From contig MU619269.1 in NCBI GenBank assembly GCA_025201805.1, positions 1-60,612 of the forward strand: a stretch of 60,612 nt of DNA, written 5' to 3'. The translations under genes and the position numbers were made by a program. How positions within the stretch are numbered: the first letter of the stretch is position 1; each line of letters opens with the position of its first letter. The notes under the pieces were generated by a model. The model was not told the origin of the DNA and did no database searches. It saw only the letters and a list, made by a program, of their open reading frames with translations. Positions 51,500 to 60,612 of the stretch are shown here, piece after piece. The stretch comes from Parasitella parasitica NRRL 2501 (lineage: Eukaryota > Fungi > Mucoromycota).

Positions 51500-53190
51500 T
51501 TATAATGAAAAGCTAGCCCTTTGATTATCTAATTGTGGTTTTGAAGATTTGTAAATATTATTTAATAACTGCTGCAAATCTTCATTATCGGCAATACTAT
51601 CATTGGATGGCAATTCTGCATCTTGGTTAACAAGGCGATAGCCTTCAAGGCTTTCAACCTTATTAAAAAGTCCAGAGATGAATAGAGTGCGCTCTTTTGC
51701 CGCGGACAAGCTAAATCTTTGTCTATTGTAGGCAGGTCGATCAAGAGACTTTACCAGCAAGTCAGTTGTATGTGTAAGATCATTAATTAAAAGTTCTTCA
51801 TGCGAGATCCAATCCTATAAAATATGCAATGTTAGACGTTGACTGACTTTGATGTGCATAGTGTGCTTCAAGCGTTACCTGATCCGTGTACCTGCCTCTA
51901 TCTAAGCGTTTCAAAATGCCGTGAATGGAAGCAAAATCCATGTCTCTTTGTTGTTGAGAGCTGAGTGCTACGCGCTGATTATCCAAAGATCTTGAAGCAG
52001 ATTTCTGTATTTGCTGAACCAAGTCTTGTAATACTTGGTGCTTGGGCAAAGGGGCTCTTTGATTCTCCATTCTATCCCTTAATAATCTTTCAACCGTTTT
52101 GTATAACGTAGCAGCGGCTAGCTCCTTGACTTGTTTCTCTGTCAAATCTGCCCTCTGGTTATTCAACCTTGGTGCTACGTGAGAAAGTCGATCAATGGCA
52201 TTCAGAAGTTGATCCAAATCACCTGTTGTTGGAGTTTCAATTGCCTTTGGGCTCTTTTTGTCTTTGACTACAAAATTATTTGAAGTGACAGATTCGTATG
52301 CAGGAGGAGGGGGAGCGAAGAGAGAAGCGCTAGTGTCATCTTTTGTTGTTAGGAATAGCTCAAGGTTGATATCGTAAGCGGGGGGTTGTTGCTGCTGAGT
52401 AGCTAATTTACAAACGATGTTCATCAAATGATCCATTTCGTCCCATAACATGACAATTTCTTGGCTTGCGTCTGTCTCATCTATGGACATAATTCCAGCT
52501 GCTCTCTTACGCTGGAATATAGAGACTTGATCATGTAGTTCTTGCTGAAGTAAGCCAACATCTTCTTTTTGCTCTATCTTTAGCAAGTCTTGTTGATTGG
52601 ATGAATTCAATTCAAGTAGCCTGTATACATCATTCAACAGGGCAGCCAATGAGCAACACAAGGTGTAATCTTGAGCATTAAATTGGCGTTGAGGATGGGC
52701 ATCAAGGATTTTATATACATCAGAAATACTAGTTGCAAATGGCGTTGATTTACTGCGTGTCATTGGTGTTGATGACTCTTGTAATATATTGGTATTCTGA
52801 GTGATTGAACCGAGTAGATTTCTGGGCCCTTGCTCTGACGTTGGATCTGACAATCGTCTAACATGTTTGCTAGGTAAGTTTTGAACAATTTGTAATAATA
52901 GTAAGTCCAGTACACTAAGACAAATGTGCTTTACTGATTGCAATGATTCAACAACTTGAGCTGATAAACAGCAATTATTTTCGTATTCCATGGGCTCTTT
53001 GGAAAGGCTTTCTAATATTTGATCATCTGTAATATCGTCAGCGCGGTTTTCCGAGGCCACTAATTGAGGGCGTTCTTCCTATAAATAATCATTTGTTAAG
53101 AAAGAGTGAGGTTTTGTCTGTATAACGTGGCATCTTTACTATAGTGCCACAAGAAGAAGTCGCCTGTTTCTCTCTCTGTTGCATGGCCAT
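51500..53190 (-). CDS. Hypothetical protein with repeated (L/M)xNQR motifs and PPxY motifs, 3 exons
   Basis: 420 aa central ORF. Exon 1 MAMQQREKQATSSCGTI and the final exon splice in frame. Repeats LNNQRA, MENQRA, LDNQRV, YNRQRF, LVNQDA, LDNQRA. Confidence 0.8.
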
Positions 53191-53545
53191 GATATATATA
53201 ATTAAGTTGAAAAGAAAAAAAAATAAAATAAAAAAGCAAGAAAAAAGAACGTACGAAAGTGCAAGAAATCAAAGCGAATTTATAGAAACTGTGTGCCCAC
53301 GAATAATAAAAAGGGAGCTATTAACATCTCCTTTTGCGAATAATAGTACGATTTAATAACGAATATCTCCTTATTGTTTATAAATACAAAAAACCAGAGG
53401 CACATAACAACAAACATAAAGCAGGAAAATGACACGACATTGACTTGGCATGATCGATGGCATGATAATCTATAAAATGGTAGCCCTTATTCCCTTTTTT
53501 TTTGTTTTTTTTTTTTGTTTGGTTGTTCTCTTTAAAAGTACAAGT

Positions 53546-55739
53546 ATGAAATTGCCATACAGATTGTCTATGTTTGTTGCTATAGTTGTGCTATCTTTGG
53601 GATATTCGATTCATAGCACAATTTTACCAAATACCACCAGCAAAAAGGAGCGCAAAAAGAACAGCAAGTATCATCCGTGAGCTTCAAATGAATAAACTTC
53701 TCAACCAGCACTTTTTTCTTTCTAGTTGCATTTTTAAAGGAAAAAATTGTTATTGACCATGGTTTAGGTAAAATAAAACCTGTTTCCAATTGATCAACAC
53801 ATGCATCGTGTAACCAACGTTTAAATTCAAACTTATAAATTCAATAGAGTTGTACAGGAATTTACAAAACCATGAATCCGATTGTTTCAAAAAAGCGACG
53901 ATAAGACTCAGCGAGGGATGCAATTCATTGAATAAGCTGGATGGCATTGCCAGCATGAAATGTGCGTAAACAAGTAATGCAGCATCATGATTAACTACAA
54001 CTGCTCCAGTAGATGCCATCGCTTTGACCTTATGCGAGTTGTCTACTGCTCATATTCCGATTCCAGTTGAATGCGAAGCTCTGCACAGGAGTAGTGATAT
54101 TGAAAGTAGCAATGATGTAATAACGAATTGTGCTCAGTAAGTAATATTTCTTGTGTATTATATGAATAGTAACCACAAGCCCCATTTGAGTACACTATCC
54201 AAAATGCCCCAAACATGGACATCATACAGTGGTAACTATAACATGATGTGGATAACAAGGCATTGTGCATATATAACTGACATTTATATAAATGAACCAT
54301 GCAGGGTATCATCGGGACGTAGGCAGGTATATAAATTTTCACGCCACTCTTTTTAATTGACTTGTACAACATGAGTAGTGATGATGTGTTTTGCTATCAG
54401 GTACCCAATGGAAAAAGGTACGTTGTATGTCTAATGATGGATGCGCATTATTTATCGATATTCAATGTATAGAGATACTTGAAAAATTGCATGCAAATAT
54501 TACGCTGAATCAAGCCAAGAATTTTGAGTTACTGAAAAATCAGCATGAGTATTTAGTGAGATGGCATAAACAGGAAATGAATACATTTGACCATTTAAAG
54601 GCATCGCAATATGAGCTTTGGCAACAGATGCAATCAGTACAACAAATCCACGCTCAAACAGCAAATCAAATTCAAATGATTTTCGATACATTAGTGCTGG
54701 TACGAAACTCGACAGAACTGGTTGTCAGTAAATACAGCAATATGGTACATTATCATATGCAAGAACTGCAAAGTCAACTGAACCAACTTGCCATTAGGCA
54801 GGCCATGGAAATTGATCAACTTGTGCATAGTGTGCTGGATGATCTCACACAGGTTGAAAGTGGCCTTTCTAAAATGATAAGAGCACAGCGCAAAGTCATC
54901 GAAGACTGGGACGAAACTAAAATGATTCAAAAAGAATACCTCAATATTTGGCAAGAATCGATTGAGCAAGTTAATACTAGGCTGAATGAAGTGATGAATC
55001 ATTCATTGCAACATCTAAGGAGCATTAAGCAAGATATTTCGATCGTTCAAGATCAAATATCGTGGCTGATATTACCTTTTAAATGGCTGCGCAACACGCT
55101 GACAAATTTCTACATCAACATTCGAACTGGGATTTCAAAGCTGCTGATCCACGCTCTCTTGTTTAATTATGTGTTCAAAGAAATAACAGGAGGCTATATT
55201 AAGAAGCTTGGATCAGCATTTGCTGCGGCAACTTGTAAGTTCCTTCATAAACAGCATGCAATGTTGTTTGCTGAGCAATTCAAAACTGTAGTTCATTTCT
55301 ACTTGTATCGTTTTTTGAGAGAAAAATATACCAATGAATTGACCGAATCGTCTTTCGACTGCTTCTTGATTGTGGCAGAAGTAAGTAGCATACGTAAAAT
55401 ATAGATCAGGAATTGATTGGAAACTAGTTTGTCGGTGCAAATAGGCTTCCATTAAAGCTTGTGAGGTTCGTCTACCGTTTACTCTACGATACCGAGACTC
55501 ACATGGTGGGTACACCTGATTTGAGTATTAGCCATGACGACAATCACTCATCTATCAGTCCTGCTGAAGTGTCACAGAATGAAAATAACGATGTAGCTCA
55601 CACCAACAACTTTAATCATTACCATTTCCACAATTATTACCTTAAAGAACCAAATGCAAATCAGCAAGTAGCCACAGAGCTTAATGAAGAGGATTGTGAT
55701 GGTATTTTACCTTTGAAAGTAGGTGAATATACTCGTTGA
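53546..55739 (+). CDS. KAR5: Nuclear membrane fusion protein, Kar5/Tht1/GEX1/Brambleberry family
   Basis: Signal peptide; Cys-rich domain DCFKKA...GC...YAIALTLCEL...IPVEC...NC..TL....QTWTSYSGY..V..MC; then a long coiled coil and TM segments. Confidence 0.82.
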
Positions 55740-55833
55740 CAATGGATTAAACACCACCACTGGCTTTAAATCAGTCCTTTACAAATAAACAGCTACTGAA
55801 ATTTTTGCGCTTCGCTTTCTTGTCCCAATAAAC

Positions 55834-57282
55834 ATGTCTGGTTCTGTTACTAATTCCACAGAACCTTTAACACCCGTTGAGACTTCACCAAAATTAGCTC
55901 TTAAGTCTAATGATACTAGCAGAAATTCAGAGGATAAAAAGAAAAAAAGGGCCAAAAAAAAGCCTAAAAGACGCTCACGTAAACCCACCTTAAAAACAAA
56001 GGTTGTAGTAAGAAGACTTCCCCCGAATCTGCCAGAAAAGATTTTCAACAATTCAGTAAAGCCATGGATTTCAGAAGATACTGTGGACTATTCATTATAC
56101 GTGCCTGGGAAACTCAGTAAAAGGTAAATACATTTCGCACCAAAGCTTGCATTTGAATTAAACCTTTGATGATTGCGACATTAGTAAAGCAAAAGAAAGT
56201 GTGTTCTCGCGCGCTTACTTTCATTTCAAATCTATGGAAGCCGTTATTGCATTCCATCAAGGGTTTGATGGACATGCATTTGTGGATAGTTTTGGTAAAC
56301 GCAGTATTGGCAATTTCTAATTCTTGTCGCTAACTGTTTTCTTTCATTGATCAAGGTAACGACTTCAGAGCTGTAGTAGAGTTTGCGTTATATCAGAAAC
56401 TCCCCAAAGAGCATAAAACAGCCGATGCTCGACAAGGAACTATTGACCAAGATCAAGACTACTTGGAATTTTTAGAGTCATTAAAGGCAGAGGAGAAGGC
56501 TCAAACAGAGTTGCAGAACGAACCTGCAGATGGCCTTACTCAAATTGAGAGACTAGAAAATAGAATTGCTATGGTTACAGGTAAAATGAGTAACGAACTT
56601 CAAGGTCTGACATATTAAAACAGTTCGACCCTTAGCCAAGACATTAGCTGCTGAACAAGCCAGCAAGCCAAAGACTACGCCTCTTCTTGAGCATCTTCGT
56701 GCCCAGAAAGCGGCCCAGGCTGCCTCAAAAGCAAAGGCTACAGCAAAGAAAAATGCAAAAAAGAGAGCCGAAAAAGCGGCCCAAAAGAAAACTGAGCATG
56801 GCAGCAGTAAGATACAACAACAACAACAGCAGCAGCAGCAGCAGCAACAACCACAGCAGGAATCTCAACAGCAAAGTGCATCAGCAGAGGGAAAGAAGAG
56901 AAGAGAGAGAAATAGAAAGAAAAAGGATGCTGATGGTGTAGCCAAAAAGAGAGCCGGTGATAAGGACAACGGAGATACATCCAGTGTTAGCTCTGCAATT
57001 GGTTCTGCAGTACCGAATATATCTAAATCTCGACCACCAAGAGATAAAGAAACAAGGCCTGCTAGACCACCTAAGGAACCAAAGGCACCTAGACCGGCCA
57101 AAGAAGGAGGAGGAGGAGGAGGAAATAATGCAAACTCTAGTCCTAATCTTTCGTCTAACCCCAAACCAAAGCGATCAAACAACAAGAGGCAAAACAGCAG
57201 AAATACCGAGCCAAACCCCCAAGTTGTCAAGATCCTTGGTCGTCAATCGCCTGCACTCAAAAAGCAAGACACAACAGGGTGA
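55834..57282 (+). CDS. UPF3: Nonsense-mediated decay factor Upf3
   Basis: KVVVRRLPPNL, SRAYFHF, FDGHAFVD, AVVEFA.YQK, GTIDQDQDYLEFLE, TPLLE; low-complexity poly-Q tail. Confidence 0.93.
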
Positions 57283-57561
57283 AGAACTGCATGATGTAGC
57301 TATTTTATTTCTACATTTATTGACGCGTTAATGCAATCGAATTTAGCAGCGAGAGCAGAGTGAAAAACGATATAAAATGAACAACAAAAACAAGAAGGAA
57401 AAGGGCCTATTTTAAAGACAATGCAAGGTTCTATATTTCTTCTTGATTTTCATTTTTTGATATACGCTCATTATCAACACTTGACCATTTTGTCTGAATA
57501 AATTTGAATACAAATTTACGTGACACGCACAACTCACATCAAACTCGCTTTCTTTTTTCTC

Positions 57562-58548
57562 ATGTCGTATCATCGTAGAAGCATAACGCCCTCCACTACT
57601 CAGTTGGGTGATGTTGATAATAGCGGCAATAGCGGCAGCAGCAATGCGTTCGATTTACTTATTCCATCTCTTCAAAAGATATCAAATTCCTTCAGCGATA
57701 TGCACCATCAGTTTGAGAAAATTCAAAGAGTCAACAAATCTTTGGTAGACTTTAACAATTCTTTCAGTGCGTTTTTGTTTGGTATAGCAGTCAACGACAC
57801 AACAATACGTTGGGAACAGGTAGATAGTGTGCATATCTATTTCATTTTTACAGCTACTCAATCAAGATATATCGAATACAGACGCCAAGCAGTGCTGATA
57901 TAATCAAGCATAAAGAATACATACATCGACTGAATACTTTGGAAGCTACGAAGGCTGTTCAGATCGTAAAGCAAAGTACATCAACGCCGTCAAAAACACT
58001 TCAGAAGAAGCGATCATTGCTTATTCAACATGGCCCTTCTCACAAAAAGCCCAAAATCCTAAGCGAGAGGCAACAACTAGTGTCAAATCGTCGTTTTCAC
58101 CCCAAAGTAAGACATTCATTCTCAATCAGCATTCAAATATCTCATCTTGACGCAACTAGGTCGATATCAAACTAATCATTAATAGACTGCCTATAAAATA
58201 CCAAGATAGAGGGGTAAGTTTTGATGCTGTGTCGCAGATTTAGCTTTACTGAAAGAGCTGCTCGATTTAGCCACCAAACGAACATATAACAAGCGTACTA
58301 AAGATATTAGCTCTACACCCAAACGGACTGTAAGCAAAGGATGTGATTCTACACTTTCTTGATGAATATTAATATATGACTATAGAAATGCCAAAGCATT
58401 AGGATCAGAGACCAAAATAGCACAGCGATTTATCACTGATTGCATAAATACATTGGTGTTTCGAAAAGAGATTATCAAAGTGCAACAGCAGGGCGAATAT
58501 GCAAAATATTTACTAGATCCATCCAAATTCCCAAGTGTTCCAAAATAA
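57562..58548 (+). CDS. DAM1: DASH complex subunit Dam1-like protein with a C-terminal extension, 5 exons
   Basis: RRSITP...FSDMHHQFEKIQRVNKSLVDFNNSFSAFLFGIAVN..IRWEQTP resembles the Dam1 core (SL..FNESF..FLYGL..N). Confidence 0.7.
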
Positions 58549-58949
58549 ACACAGATACAGTCATCTCAGAAGATTTTTTGTTCAACAATTAAAGGCTAAA
58601 AGAAAGGATTATCCTTTCAAATTGTAAGAAAGCGCTTTGGGCATCTTTATTGCATCTTAGATAAAAAAAGAAACTCATAGGAATGGGGAAAATGAAAATT
58701 TCAAACTTGAAAAGACTTTGGCAATTAAATTTTTGAAGTAGCATTTCGGTGCCACAATAGCAGGTGTGATAAGTTCGCAATAACTTATGCAAATGGCTCT
58801 TCATAACAATATTGATTGACGAGTCATCACCAAGGCGATACAGCGATAACATCTTATACATTTGGCTTTGGAAGTATCACTTTTTGGCCATGTTTTAACA
58901 CAAGAATTCCAATGTAGCGTAAAAGATTAGTCACTGGATACGGCCCTTA

Positions 58950-59570
58950 TCATAATCAGCCAACGTAAAAGTAGTGAATAGCTGGCATACATGCACGTCT
59001 GTCAATAGACCAAAGGTACGGCACAGCGTATTTGCACTAGGGTGGTCAAACTTGGACCTCTGCTGTTGTACCCAACATAATGATGGTATCTGGCGTGCAG
59101 TCGCTCGCCACTGATTTTGACAATTGTTCTAAGCCTCCTTCTCGGTTGTATCGTGCCAAGATCTCTGACCTGTTCGAGTATTCCCTAACTCGTCATTACT
59201 TGCTGCCCAAAATGCCGTCAGAGCTAGGTCCTGCTTTCCAGTTCATTGCTGCTCGATTTGCCAAGAACATTGGGGCGGGGCGCGTTACATTTGGGCCTTT
59301 TTTTTTGTGCGCTGGCTGACTCCAGGTTGTCGCAGGCACGACTACTGCTCTTTCAAGTCGCTATGCTGAGGACGACCTCTCAAGAATTAGAGTCGAGTAT
59401 GAGTTTCTATCGTTGTTTGTGGTTTCGTTCTTGCATACTTGATTTGAGGATAGAAATCCCCATCCTTATTGAGAGATGCGTAAATATTAGGAGGATAGCG
59501 ACACCATTACCGTGCCACCATTGCACCGGCATCATGGAGTCCACATTAAAGACAGTCTGGTATATGTGAC
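58950..59570 (+). mobile_element. Non-LTR (LINE-like) retrotransposon 3' remnant
   Basis: Degenerate zf-RVT-like segment RCLWFRS...IP...PCHHCTGIMES..KTVW with stops and frameshifts; GC-richer than the flanks. Confidence 0.45.
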
Positions 59571-60612
59571 CATTGATGTATCATCAAAGAAAAATTTTCA
59601 ACTGAAAAAAGGATAAAAGGTCGATCAAAGTTAGCAAAAGCTGAAAGACTTCTTTAATTAAGTATCTGCCTTAGATCCTTTGTCAAGGTTTTGATGGTTT
59701 CTATCATCTCGACCTACAGAGCTTATGTTTTGCTTTTCGTTGACAAAGCTTGAGTCATTCAGATACAAGATTATTTATACCTCCATCTTGGTCCATTTTG
59801 TGGCTTCTGGTTGTCTGTACTGTTTAGGCTTTAGTATTTTTACTTGTAAAAGCACGGGTTTAAAGAGTCCTAAAGCTGTAGTCATGGATTCATTTGGGGA
59901 AACTTTACTATATTTTAGAATTGAAAAAGAAAAAGCCTTACTGACCCATGGATTTTTGGTATAATGCTCTCTTTGTAGAGAAAATAATTGAATTGGCACT
60001 GTTTACTACTCTTCCCGCTTGACCCTCATGATGGCATAAAAATACTCTACGGCAAACCAAAAAACAAATATCTCATGCCTCCAAATCGAAGCGAATATAT
60101 ATTACAACGATAAATGCCAGGATGTTGGCTTAATGGGTCAAGCACACCATTTATAACATTGATTGTTTCGCAAGAAATTCCACTACTCGGTGACAAGAAT
60201 CGATTTTTGCACATCTAATCTTGCTTTTATGCGAATCAAAAAGTATCATTATACGCAAGGTACTTTGAAGCGCTTACAGAGTGGGCACGAAGTTTTTTAA
60301 TCACCAACGTACATATACAACTATCGTTAAGGCGTAATTTATAGCGTTTACCTTGAAATGTGAATTACTTGATTTCTCCGTGGAAAGCTTTGATTGTTCC
60401 AATATATGCACAACCAAGCACTACATAGCAAACGCCTTGATAATATATGTGTATAAGGATATTATAAAAAATCTCAAATCATTGAGCAGAAATGGCTAAC
60501 CTGAAAAACAAATCTCTTTTGAAATTTGGCGTCATTTCAGGGCCATCATTACTGTTGACGAAACTAGGTTGGGCCAATGAAAATAAATTTTGGTCATTTC
60601 CAAATTGAGTTG

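Noticed and set aside
59600-60612. Possible second Fanzor or transposase relic at the window end
   Set aside because: No RuvC, DDE or RT motifs were recognised on inspection.

Overview
Eukaryotic, AT-rich DNA with short GT-AG introns. The gene content and intron style fit an early-diverging fungus, most likely Mucorales (inference). Bases 1-7900 are a nest of transposon relics. Their centrepiece is a ~4.6 kb Tc1/mariner-type TIR element (~2140-6726, right end ...GTACTG|TA). It has no recognisable transposase but carries an intron-containing, now disrupted Fanzor1 (eukaryotic TnpB-like RNA-guided nuclease) gene. The RuvC D-E-D triad and Zn finger are intact, and a hairpin cluster at the 3' end is a candidate omegaRNA. 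Bases ~8-58.5 kb are a compact block of host genes: NAA50, two tandem F-box/LRR paralogues, synaptobrevin, a TBC protein, ELP4, a MoxR/ChlI-lid protein, AUR1, a Nudix hydrolase, frataxin, RER1, an AKR-fold protein, enolase, RRP45, NOPCHAP1-like, neurofibromin, KAR5/GEX1-like, UPF3 and DAM1-like. This block is interrupted by a tyrosine-recombinase element relic and a repeat region with an assembly gap, and a LINE relic follows it. Other leads are a Dam1 with a C-terminal winged-helix domain, a structured intergenic RNA or orphan gene at ~17.7-18.1 kb, and several apparent pseudo-enzymes. Exon boundaries and alignments were done by eye; no searches were run.
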